Origin: an uncultured Acidobacteriota bacterium
GTDB lineage: Bacteria > Acidobacteriota > Vicinamibacteria > Vicinamibacterales > Fen-181
NCBI GenBank assembly: GCA_963741715.1
Contig: CAVUJA010000002.1
Span: 753,764-817,763 of the forward strand
Length of the DNA: 64,000 bases
Direction: 5' to 3'
Shown here: piece by piece, positions 47,469 through 55,557 of the stretch
Layout of the letters: each line of letters starts with the position of its first letter
Position numbering within the stretch: the first letter of the stretch is position 1
Notes under the pieces: generated by a model
Seen by the model: only the letters and a program-made list of their open reading frames with translations
Told to the model about the DNA's origin: nothing
The model's database searches: none
Made by a program: the position numbers and the translations under genes

Positions 47469-49312
47469 CTTCTGTTCCCCACCACCGCCCGCAGCGCCCG
47501 CAGGCGCAGGTCGAGTTCCTGCGGCGTCATCGACGCGTACTTGGCCGGCAGCAGCCGGCGGCTGGACGATTCGAACACGGCGAGCAGTTCCATGTAGGAC
47601 AGCAGCTCCTCGTCGCGGCTCGGGAAGTAGTCGGCCGCGGCCCTCGCCATGTGTTCCGCCGTCACCGGCGCATCTCCTCCCGCCGCCCGCGCGGCGTCGT
47701 CGTTCGCCATCAGCAGCACGGCTTCCACGTCCGCGTTGCTGTAGCCGACGAGCTTCGCCGAGAAGGTCTCGCGGATGGCGGCGAAATCGACCGTCGTCCG
47801 GATCTTGTTCTTCTTCACGAGCGCCTGCGCCACCTGCTCGACTTCCTCGGGCGTCTGCGAGTAGAGGAACGGGATCTTGCGATCGAGCCGGCCCGCGCGC
47901 TTCAGGTCCACGTCGAGCTTGTCGGGCCGGTTCGTCATCACCAGAAACAGGATGCGTCCCCGGTTGGACGTGTCCGACATGAACTCCTTGATCCTCGCGA
48001 TGACGCGCGACGAGGTCCCGCCGTCGCCCTCGCCGTCGGTGTTGCCGAAGGCGCGGTCGCCCTCGTCGATGATGACGACCACCTGGCCGATCGCCTCGAT
48101 GACCGAGAGGATCTTCTCGAGGTTCCCCTCGGTGGCGCCCACCCATTTCGACCGGAAGTTCTTCAGCTTGATCGTCGTCAGCCCGCACTCGCGCGCGAAC
48201 GCCTCGGCCACGAACGTCTTGCCCGTCCCCATGGGCCCGGTGAACAGGATGCCCATCGGCACCCGGCTGACCCGGCCGTCGCGGATGTTCTCGGCGACGA
48301 CGAGCAGGTCCTTCTTGACCTCCTCCATGCCGCCGACCACGTCGAAGCCGTGGGCGGGTTCGACGAACTCGACGAGGCCGAAGCACTCGCGCTCGAGAAT
48401 CTCGCGCTTGCGGCGGGCGATGAGCCGGTCTGCCTCGCGGCGCGAGCGTTCGGCGGCATCTCCCGCCGACTGACCGGGGTCGGGAGCGCCGGGTGCGAGG
48501 AGGCGACGAATCTCGTCCTTGCTCAGGCCGATGGTGAGGCCGCCCAGCTTCTTCGCCCTGGCCATCGCGTCCGGGCTGCCCGCCAGGATGCCGGCGATGA
48601 ACGCCTCGCGTTCGCGCGCCTCGTCCTCGGCGGCGGGCGGCGGCGCCAGGATCGACACGATTTGCACCGCCTTGAGCCCCGCGGTGATCTCGGCGTAGCG
48701 GTCGGCGTCGCGGTCGGTCAGCCGGGGGTCGGCCAGGCGAACGGCCGCGCGGCGGGCCTCGAGATCCGGCATCGGGACCTCCACCACGCCCACCTTCGGG
48801 TTCGACACGACCTTCGGCGACAACTCGCTCAGGTTCTCGGTGACGAGCAGCACGAGGTTGTCGCCGCGGTCGATCTCCGGCAGGAACGACCACCGCTGGA
48901 GGGTGATCACGGCGGCGCGGTCGGCGTCCGCCTGGAAGGCTGGATCGCCCGCGGGCGCGATCGCCTCGGCGTATTCGAGGATGACGGCCGCCTTCGACCC
49001 GCCGACGAGGATGCGCTCCAGTGCGCCGAGCGCCTTGGGCTTCTCCGACGCGAGCAGGGCGTCTTCGGCCGACACCAGGCCGGCCTCGCGCCGCGCGAAC
49101 CGGACGCCGGTCGCCAGGTTGTACACCGCGATCGTCTGGCGCGAGTCCCTCAGCAGCACGTCGGTCAGGAAGCCGGTGAGCGCGAGCGCCCGCTGCTGGT
49201 GCACCACCGAGTCGAAGACGTTGCCGTGGAGGACGAACATCGACGCCTCGCCGCGCAGGTAGCGTCGGCGCAGGTCCTCGGCCCAAGGGGGAAGCAGTCG
49301 TGGTTCGGTCAT
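47465..49312 (-). CDS. AAA+ ATPase (classical AAA clade) with a long degenerate N-terminal domain
   Basis: Walker A GPMGTGKT, Walker [10 protein letters not shown], second region of homology [21 protein letters not shown]. The N-terminal ~330 aa (…[12 protein letters not shown]…) have no nucleotide-binding motif that I can see. Confidence 0.85.
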   Translation of the reverse strand: MTEPRLLPPWAEDLRRRYLRGEASMFVLHGNVFDSVVHQQRALALTGFLTDVLLRDSRQTIAVYNLATGVRFARREAGLVSAEDALLASEKPKALGALERILVGGSKAAVILEYAEAIAPAGDPAFQADADRAAVITLQRWSFLPEIDRGDNLVLLVTENLSELSPKVVSNPKVGVVEVPMPDLEARRAAVRLADPRLTDRDADRYAEITAGLKAVQIVSILAPPPAAEDEAREREAFIAGILAGSPDAMARAKKLGGLTIGLSKDEIRRLLAPGAPDPGQSAGDAAERSRREADRLIARRKREILERECFGLVEFVEPAHGFDVVGGMEEVKKDLLVVAENIRDGRVSRVPMGILFTGPMGTGKTFVAEAFARECGLTTIKLKNFRSKWVGATEGNLEKILSVIEAIGQVVVIIDEGDRAFGNTDGEGDGGTSSRVIARIKEFMSDTSNRGRILFLVMTNRPDKLDVDLKRAGRLDRKIPFLYSQTPEEVEQVAQALVKKNKIRTTVDFAAIRETFSAKLVGYSNADVEAVLLMANDDAARAAGGDAPVTAEHMARAAADYFPSRDEELLSYMELLAVFESSSRRLLPAKYASMTPQELDLRLRALRAVVGNRR

Positions 49313-49351
49313 AGAATGGCTCGAGCCCAGGGGTGAAGCCGGCCAGCCGGC

Positions 49352-49429
49352 CTAGATGCCTTGAGGGGCTGGAATCCTTGCGAATGAGTCAAGTTCTCGC
49401 GACGCCATCGGGCCCCTCAAGGCATCTAG
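49352..49429. repeat. Perfect 17-bp inverted repeat (hairpin A) between the 2-TM gene and the AAA gene
   Basis: CTAGATGCCTTGAGGGG (49352-49368) pairs with CCCCTCAAGGCATCTAG (49413-49429) across a 44-nt loop. It is followed by a short GC hairpin GCCCCGCG-CTCG-CGCGGGGC at 49431-49450. Confidence 0.9.
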
Positions 49430-49467
49430 AGCCCCGCGCTCGCGCGGGGCCAGCCAACAGCGTTTCT

Positions 49468-49531
49468 GGTCTAGCGAGGCGGGCGTCGTCGCCGAACATA
49501 CTTGGCGGTCCGAGGCCCGCCTCGCTAGACC
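49468..49531. repeat. Perfect 17-bp inverted repeat (hairpin B) overlapping the stop codon of the 2-TM gene
   Basis: GGTCTAGCGAGGCGGGC (49468-49484) pairs with GCCCGCCTCGCTAGACC (49515-49531) across a 30-nt loop. The right arm contains the stop codon at 49525-49527. Confidence 0.9.
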
Positions 49532-50457
49532 ATCGTGCCGATCATCGCCTCGGTCTCGACCGCCGTCTGGCGGATCGATTCCACGCCGTCCAGCAGCTCG
49601 TTCAGCTGGCCCGACAGCTCCTGCGGCGACTGCATCGTCACGATGTTGTCCGCGATGAGCTGGAAGGAATTCTCGATGAGGTCGAGCTGGCCGCGCGCCA
49701 CGTCGAGGTAGCGGCCGATTTCCTTCATCTTCTCCTGCCGCTTGAGGATGACCGCCAGGTTCTTCTTCGCGAGATCGGTCTGCGCGTCGCCGTCCTTCCC
49801 GAACCTGATCTCGCGCTCGAGCCGCGCACGATGGGTGTCGAGCGCGTCGAGATCGACCGACCGCAGGTAGGCGTCGTACCGGACGGAGGTCACCGCCATG
49901 TCGATGAACGCGTCCACCAGACGCTCGGTCTTGGTGAGCTCGGAGCGGAGCAGTTCGCCCGTGAACGAGGGGTTCTGGGCGGCGAGGCGGTGGATCTGGG
50001 CCTGGCGGGCGATCAGTTGGTCCACGCGCGTCCGCTCGGGAGGCTGGAGCAGCGCGACCCGCTGGCCGCGCTCCTCGGCGAGCAGCGCCTGACGCACCTG
50101 GTCGAACCTCGGGTCCCACAGCAGGTGGCGCAGCCGCTTGGAGTCTGGCGCGTAGAGCAGCCAGAGCGCCTCGAGGCCGACCGCGACGACCGCCAGGAAC
50201 GGGTTCAGCGTCAGGCCCGCCGCGGCCATGGCGCCCCCGAACAGCGACAGGTTGTAGGGATTGGAGAAGGCGAGCTTGAGGTATGGCCGCCTCTCGAAGA
50301 GGGCCGCACGGGCAGAGTCCTTCACCGCGCCGACAATCGCCGGCGCGAGGGCCGGCGGGGGCGGCTCGGGCGGCGGCGGGAGTGCCGGCGCCGGAGGGCG
50401 CGTGTCGCCGCGCGTGGAGGCGGCGGCGGTGCCTTTCGGCCGATCGGGCGTCGCCAT
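49525..50457 (-). CDS. Membrane protein with Pro-rich N-terminus, TM hairpin and long C-terminal helical/coiled-coil domain (possibly XpaC/TelA-like)
   Basis: ATG at 50457. Two TM segments (LSLFGGAMAAAGLTL / FLAVVAVGLEALWLLYA), then about 200 aa of heptad-like helices. The family guess rests on architecture only. Confidence 0.6.
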   Translation of the reverse strand: MATPDRPKGTAAASTRGDTRPPAPALPPPPEPPPPALAPAIVGAVKDSARAALFERRPYLKLAFSNPYNLSLFGGAMAAAGLTLNPFLAVVAVGLEALWLLYAPDSKRLRHLLWDPRFDQVRQALLAEERGQRVALLQPPERTRVDQLIARQAQIHRLAAQNPSFTGELLRSELTKTERLVDAFIDMAVTSVRYDAYLRSVDLDALDTHRARLEREIRFGKDGDAQTDLAKKNLAVILKRQEKMKEIGRYLDVARGQLDLIENSFQLIADNIVTMQSPQELSGQLNELLDGVESIRQTAVETEAMIGTMV

Positions 50458-50492
50458 GCGTCAGTCCCAGCGAGGCGGGTGGCAGCCTAGAC

Positions 50493-50548
50493 TCTGCATT
50501 CTACGTTCTGCATTCTACATTCTGCATTCTACATTCTTCATTCTGCTG
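50493..50548. repeat. Heptamer array TCTGCAT/TCTACAT x8 (family F3)
   Basis: TCTGCAT TCTACGT TCTGCAT TCTACAT TCTGCAT TCTACAT TCTTCAT TCTGCTG, between the ABC ATPase stop and the 2-TM gene start. Confidence 0.95.
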
Positions 50549-50572
50549 TCAGGACGGGCGATCGCCGGACGG

Positions 50573-51370
50573 CTACGCGGGCTGGGAGGCCGGCGCGTAC
50601 AGCATCTCGAGGAGTTTCTTCTCCACGCCGCGGAACTCGGACGACGACTTGAGCGCGATGTCGCGCACCTCGAAGAAGGGCACGTCCACGCGGTGGAGGA
50701 CCTGCGCGGGCCTGTTGGACAGCACGTACACGGTGTCGGCCAGGTACACCGCCTCCGACACGTCGTGCGTCACGAACAGGATCGTGTTGTCCTCGGTCCT
50801 CGAGACGTCGAGCAGCAGCCCCTGCATTTCCCAGCGGGTGTAGGGGTCGAGCGCGCCGAACGGCTCGTCCATCAGGACGACGCGAGGCTTGTTGATCAGC
50901 GTCCGCGCGATGGCAACGCGCTGCTTCATGCCGCCCGAGAGGTCCTTCGGGAAGTGATCGGCGAACTCGTAGAGGCCGACCGCCTTGAGATAGCGCGACG
51001 AGCGCTCGCGCCGCTCGGGCTTCGGCAGGCCCTGCAGCTTGAGCCCGTACTCCACGTTCTGCCGCACGGTCAGCCAGCCGAACGACGTGTAGGCCTGGAA
51101 CACCATGCCGCGGTCGCGCCCCACCGAGTCCACCCTGACGCCCTGCACCAGGATGTCCCCGGTCGTCGGCGGGAGGAGCCCGGCGACGGCCTTGAGGATG
51201 GTCGACTTGCCGCAGCCGGACGGCCCGAGGAACACGACGACTTCGCCAATCCCCGGCTTGTCGAAGATGTCCACCGACACGTCACGGACAGCCTCCGTCC
51301 GGCGTCCGTCGCGGCCGACGTAGGTCACGCCGAGGTTCTTGATCTGCAGCTTGGGAACCGGCTCGCTCAT
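50573..51370 (-). CDS. ABC transporter ATP-binding protein (nitrate/sulfonate/taurine NitT/TauT type)
   Basis: ATG at 51370 overlaps the permease stop (ATGA). Walker A GPSGCGKST, signature LSGGMKQR, Walker B VVLMDEPF. Confidence 0.9.
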   Translation of the reverse strand: MSEPVPKLQIKNLGVTYVGRDGRRTEAVRDVSVDIFDKPGIGEVVVFLGPSGCGKSTILKAVAGLLPPTTGDILVQGVRVDSVGRDRGMVFQAYTSFGWLTVRQNVEYGLKLQGLPKPERRERSSRYLKAVGLYEFADHFPKDLSGGMKQRVAIARTLINKPRVVLMDEPFGALDPYTRWEMQGLLLDVSRTEDNTILFVTHDVSEAVYLADTVYVLSNRPAQVLHRVDVPFFEVRDIALKSSSEFRGVEKKLLEMLYAPASQPA

Positions 51371-52158
51371 GCGGCCTTCTCCCGCCAGCGGAACGCGATC
51401 GCCGAGCAGGCCCGGATCAGCGAGTCGGTCAACAGGCCGATGCCGCCGATGACGAGCAGGCCGGCGAACGACCACGACGCCTTCTGGTGCGTCCGGGCGA
51501 GTTCCACCATGTAGCCCAGGCCGTGTTCGGGGTTCACCGCTTCAGCCAGGATCACGTAGGTCCAGGAGATGGCGTTCATCACGCGGAACGAATCGAAGAT
51601 CTCGGGCAGCGCCGCCGGCAGCAGCACCGTCCTCACGGCCTGCCACCGGGAGGCGCCGAGCGTCAGCGCCGTCTGCACCAACTCGTCGGGCACCGCCCGG
51701 ATGGCCGTGACGACGACCGGCAGCAGGTAGACGAAGACGCCGAGGAAGAGGAAGGCGATCTTCTGCGGCTCGTAGATGCCGAACCAGAGGATCAGCAGCG
51801 GGATGAACGCGGAGATCGGCATGTAGCGCAGCGGCGCCATGATGGGCTCGAAGATCCGGTTGACCGGCTCGAAGGCGCCCATCAGGACGCCCAGCGGCAG
51901 CGCGATGGCCGATGCGAGGCAGAAGGCGATCAGAATGCGCCTGGTGGAGATCCAGATCGCCGCCGCGAGATCGTACTGCAGGAACAGCTGCAGCGTGCCG
52001 CGCACGACCTCCGTCGGGGACGGGAGGAAGTCGGGCGGCGCCAGCTGGCCGTAAGACGCCAGGCACCAGGCCGCGAGGACCGCGACGGGCGCCACGAAGC
52101 CGAGCGCCACCGACACCGTGCGCGGCAGCGGGGCGCGGAGGGAGAACCAGTCGGACAT
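51367..52158 (-). CDS. ABC transporter permease (BPD_transp_1, NitT/TauT type)
   Basis: 263 aa, about 6 TM, with the EAA-like loop ...LTLGASRWQAVRTVLLPAALPEIF. Confidence 0.9.
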   Translation of the reverse strand: MSDWFSLRAPLPRTVSVALGFVAPVAVLAAWCLASYGQLAPPDFLPSPTEVVRGTLQLFLQYDLAAAIWISTRRILIAFCLASAIALPLGVLMGAFEPVNRIFEPIMAPLRYMPISAFIPLLILWFGIYEPQKIAFLFLGVFVYLLPVVVTAIRAVPDELVQTALTLGASRWQAVRTVLLPAALPEIFDSFRVMNAISWTYVILAEAVNPEHGLGYMVELARTHQKASWSFAGLLVIGGIGLLTDSLIRACSAIAFRWREKAA

Positions 52159-52162
52159 AGGA

Positions 52163-52258
52163 GGAGTCAGGAGTCGGGATTCAGGAGTCAGTCAGGAGTC
52201 AGGACCGGGGATGTGCGGGCGGGTGACGCCCCGAATCCCGAATCCTGGCTCCCGACTC
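52163..52258. repeat. Inverted heptamer arrays GGAGTCA/GGATTCA versus CCGAATC/CCGACTC (family F4)
   Basis: Left arm 52163-52201: GGAGTCA GGAGTCG GGATTCA GGAGTCA GTCA GGAGTCA. Right arm 52231-52258: CCGAATC CCGAATC CTGGCTC CCGACTC. The arms are complementary. The left arm ends 5 nt from the permease start codon. Confidence 0.9.
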
Positions 52259-52277
52259 CTTCTACCGTTACGAGCGT

Positions 52278-53912
52278 CTATTGCGACGCCAGCACCACCT
52301 TGATGTCGGTGCGCCGGTTCAGCTGCCGGCCCGCCTCGGAGGCGTTGTCGGCCACCGGGTTGGCGGCGCCGCGGCCGATCGTCTGGAAGCGGGACGCCTG
52401 GATGTTCGGGAAGTTCTTGAGCACGTAGTTCTTCACCGCGAGCGCGCGCCGCTCCGACAGCGTCATGTTGCCCGTCGGCGACCCGGTGGAGTCCGTGTTC
52501 CCCTCGACGCGCAGGTACGTGTTGCCGAACGAGGTCATCGTCTCGCCGAGCGCGTCGAGCACGAAGTAGGAGCCGGGCATGATCTCGTCCGAGCCGGGCG
52601 TGAAGTGAATCTGGATCTGCTTGTTGATGATCGCGCGGTCCTGCGCGCTGGCCGGCCGGGCGGCCAGTTTCGGCTCTTCGACCTTCTGCCCCGGGTACGC
52701 CGCGGCGAGCGACGACAGGAACCTGGTGTCGGCCCAATCCTTCGCCTCGACGGGCCGCGTCACCAGCCCCTTCTTGCGCCAGATCACGAACGCGGTGTCG
52801 AACAGGGTCTCGTAGTGGGCCTTGCCCCCGGTCAGCCCGTAGAACTGGGCGTTGTCCGCGTACGGCGTCAGCTTGAGGCCGGAGAGCATGCCCGACACCG
52901 TGTCGGTGTCCAGCTTCAGCGCCTTGCCGACCAGCGCGTACGCCGAGGCCGGATCGCGCTTGATCATCTCGATCCCCTCGAACCACCCCTGCACGAAGTC
53001 GCGGACGGTCCCCGGCGCCTCGTCGATCAGCTGCTGCCGCGCGACCAGCGTGTCGGCGATGATGTTGGTCGCTGCCGTCGTCGACACGAGGATGTGCGCC
53101 TCGTCGCCCCGCGCGGTGACCGCGGCGGACAGGTCCGGCTCCCACGTCACGGCCGCGTCGACCTGGCGGGCCTTGAACATGGCCGCCGCCGCGGGCGCGT
53201 CCTGCGTGAAGACGATGTTCTTCTCCACCGCAGCCCGGTCCTCGGCGGAGAGGCCCGACTGCGAGAGCAGGTAGAGCAGCAGGAAGTGGGACGGCGTGAA
53301 CTGCGTGCACGAGATCTTCCGGCCCTTCAGCTGCTCGACCGAGTTGATGGACGCCAGGGAGACGATGCCGTCGCCGCCACGCGACCAGTCCTGCATCAGG
53401 ATCGATTTTGCCTTGGCGCCGTTCTCCTCGAGGATCGACGCTTCGCGCGCCCAGTTGTCCACGGTGTTCCACATGATGTCGATGTCGCCCTTGCGGAACG
53501 CCGCCAGCTTCGCCGCCGGGTCTTCGAGCAGGACGAACTTGACGTCGAGGCCGAACCGCTTCTTGTAGAGCGACGCGGCGCTCGGGTCCATGCCCGCATT
53601 GAAGACGATGCCCGGCGCGTGCCCCGCCCAGGTGTTGATGCCGACGACCAGCGTGCGGGCGAGCTTGCCACCCGCGGCCAGGCTCGTGGCCGTCACGCCC
53701 ATCGACCCGGTGCCGCGCTCGGGATCGGCGGGCGCGCCCCTCAGGGCGTCGAAGTCGTTCACGCCGGGCTGGTCGGCCGCCTGGGTCGCAGCCGGCTTGT
53801 CACCCACCGCCCACTTGCTCACGTCCGCGCCCTTGTAGTACCAGAAGGCATACCCGAGCACGGCCAGCACGACCACGGTGATGAACAGCTTCGCGAATGG
53901 AGTGAGCTTCAT
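52278..53912 (-). CDS. Membrane-anchored ABC substrate-binding protein (NMT1/SsuA-like) fused to a C-terminal OmpA-like peptidoglycan-binding domain
   Basis: ATG at 53912 after GGAG. TM anchor FAKLFITVVVLAVLGYAFWYY. PBP2 NMT1-like core (LVVGINTWAGHAPG...DIDIMWNTVD...AAVTWEPD). OmpA_C motifs NTDSTGSPTGNMTLSERRALAVKNYV ... GRGAANPVADNASEAGRQLNRRTDI. Confidence 0.85.
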   Translation of the reverse strand: MKLTPFAKLFITVVVLAVLGYAFWYYKGADVSKWAVGDKPAATQAADQPGVNDFDALRGAPADPERGTGSMGVTATSLAAGGKLARTLVVGINTWAGHAPGIVFNAGMDPSAASLYKKRFGLDVKFVLLEDPAAKLAAFRKGDIDIMWNTVDNWAREASILEENGAKAKSILMQDWSRGGDGIVSLASINSVEQLKGRKISCTQFTPSHFLLLYLLSQSGLSAEDRAAVEKNIVFTQDAPAAAAMFKARQVDAAVTWEPDLSAAVTARGDEAHILVSTTAATNIIADTLVARQQLIDEAPGTVRDFVQGWFEGIEMIKRDPASAYALVGKALKLDTDTVSGMLSGLKLTPYADNAQFYGLTGGKAHYETLFDTAFVIWRKKGLVTRPVEAKDWADTRFLSSLAAAYPGQKVEEPKLAARPASAQDRAIINKQIQIHFTPGSDEIMPGSYFVLDALGETMTSFGNTYLRVEGNTDSTGSPTGNMTLSERRALAVKNYVLKNFPNIQASRFQTIGRGAANPVADNASEAGRQLNRRTDIKVVLASQ

Positions 53913-53955
53913 AGTCTCCGGTTCCTCAGTCCGCAACCCCGGATCTGGCCTGGTC

Positions 53956-54669
53956 TCAGAGCGTCTTGGTCGCCTGCGCCGCCTGGGCCGCCGCGCGCTT
54001 GGCCTTCAGCTCCGCCAGCTGCTGCTTGGCCTGCACCTCGCCCACCTGCGACCGCACCGCCTGCAACTTGGCGTCGAGCGACGATTCGGAGAGCTCCTTG
54101 CCGAGGTTCGCTTCGGCGATCGTGTTCTTGATGTGCTCGCGGACGTTCTCGAGCGCCTTGACCTCGGCGTCGACCGAGAGCCCGTCCAGCTGGCCCTGGA
54201 TCTTGAGCCGGGCCTGCGCCGACTGCATCTTGGCGAGCATCGAGTCGCGCTCGGACTGCAGCTTGCGGATCTCGGCCTGCACCGTGATGAGCGACGACTT
54301 GGCCGAATCGGCGTCGCGCTGGGCCAGGTCCATCTCCCCCCTCAGGTCGGCGACCTCCGCCGACAACTGGTTCTTCTTCTGAAGGAGGATCAGCGCCACG
54401 TCATCCTGGTTCGTGTCCATCGCGACGCCGAGTTCCGCGTCCGTCTGCGTGAGTTCCTTCGTGGCCTTCTGGTAGCGCTCGCTGGTGTCTTCGCGGCGCC
54501 TGATGATGGCGGCCGTCGCCGACTTCAACTTCGAGTACTTCTCGACCATCGAGTTGATCGCGTTCTCGTAGGCAATCTCGGGGTGCTCCTTCTCGACGTC
54601 CGAGATCCAGAGCGAGAGGAAGCCCCTCCACAGGTTGCCCAGGCGCTTGAAGAATCCTACGTCTGCCAC
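53956..54669 (-). CDS. pspA: PspA/IM30 (Vipp1) family protein
   Basis: GTG at 54669 after GAAGGGGG. N-terminal amphipathic helix FFKRLGNLWRGFLSLW, a continuous coiled coil of about 200 aa with PspA-like register, and C-terminal QLAELKAK. Confidence 0.8.
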   Translation of the reverse strand: MADVGFFKRLGNLWRGFLSLWISDVEKEHPEIAYENAINSMVEKYSKLKSATAAIIRRREDTSERYQKATKELTQTDAELGVAMDTNQDDVALILLQKKNQLSAEVADLRGEMDLAQRDADSAKSSLITVQAEIRKLQSERDSMLAKMQSAQARLKIQGQLDGLSVDAEVKALENVREHIKNTIAEANLGKELSESSLDAKLQAVRSQVGEVQAKQQLAELKAKRAAAQAAQATKTL

Positions 54670-54728
54670 GTCAACCCCCTTCGGGAATCACGAGCCGATC
54701 ATCTTCTATTACGAGAGCCGCCGCCCCT

Positions 54729-54856
54729 GGTTCCAGTTCCCCGAGTTCCCCGAGTTCCCCAGTTGCCCAGTTCCCCAGTTGCCCAGTTTTCCAGTTGGCC
54801 AGTTACCTCAGTTCCCCAGTTGCCCAGTTGGCCAGTTGCCCAGTTCCCTAGTTCTC
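54729..54856. repeat. Octamer array CCAGTTNN, about 15 units (family F1)
   Basis: CCAGTTGC/CCAGTTCC/CCAGTTGG units. Same family as 11343-11557, about 43 kb away. It overlaps the stop codon (54848-54850) of the upstream gene and lies between it and pspA. Confidence 0.95.
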
Positions 54857-55504
54857 CGTCCCCGACGGGTCGTGCAGGCGCGGCGAGGCCTGGACGACCC
54901 GGGCCACCGCCTCCTGGCCGAAGAACTCCAGCACCTTCTGGATCTCGAGCTTCCTCCCGTTGCAGGCCGCCGCGATCCCCTGCTGCTGCTGGACCTGCTG
55001 CTCCATCTTCGCCCGCAGCTTCCGCACTTCCTCTTCGAACTGGGCGATGCGGTGGGTCGCTTCCTCCAGCACCTGCTGGGTGTCGCCGGCGCTCTTGCGG
55101 ATGTACCCCTCGAGCGCCTGGATCTCGGCCACACCCGTCTCGATGATGTTGTCGATGGGGACGCCGAACGCCTTGAGCGAAGCCTCGACGATCTGCTTCT
55201 TCACTGCGACCGGGGTGTCGGCAGGCAGGCTGGAAAGCAACTGCTGCGCTTTTCCCACGCGCTCGCGCTCGGCCTCGTCGATCCCGGCGGCGCCGAACAC
55301 CTGGTCGAACGCCACCTGGCCGTCGGTGGGCGGCGGCGGCTCCTGCTGGAAGATCGGGGGCGTCGGCTGCGCCGCGGCGGCCGCGGCAATCGACGCCGCG
55401 TCTGCGTCGCCTGCCGCCGCGCCGTCGTCGGGCGCCGGCTGCGCCTCGTCCTGAACGATGAACCAGCCGAGGACGGTCGAGCCCCAGGTCTTCTTGTCGG
55501 CCAT
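54848..55504 (-). CDS. Hypothetical protein: N-terminal amphipathic segment, Ala/Pro-rich linker, C-terminal coiled coil
   Basis: ATG at 55504 (MADKKTWGSTVLGWFIVQDE...). The conserved-looking C-terminal half reads FDQVFGAAGIDEAERERVGKAQQLLSSLP...KKQIVEASLKAFGVPIDNII...CNGRKLEIQKVLEFFG. GC3-rich codons. No family recognised. Confidence 0.65.
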   Translation of the reverse strand: MADKKTWGSTVLGWFIVQDEAQPAPDDGAAAGDADAASIAAAAAAQPTPPIFQQEPPPPTDGQVAFDQVFGAAGIDEAERERVGKAQQLLSSLPADTPVAVKKQIVEASLKAFGVPIDNIIETGVAEIQALEGYIRKSAGDTQQVLEEATHRIAQFEEEVRKLRAKMEQQVQQQQGIAAACNGRKLEIQKVLEFFGQEAVARVVQASPRLHDPSGTEN

Positions 55505-55557
55505 GAACTCCCCCGCGAGTGACGGGCGCATGATAACACGCGCGTCGAAAGCCCCGG

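Noticed and set aside
45753-49286. The 1177-aa ORF as one giant protein.
   Set aside because: Only the C-terminal 572 codons encode a recognisable D-aminoacylase with a signal peptide. The upstream part is an alternate frame of the AAA+ gene (47465..49312), which has real ATPase motifs.
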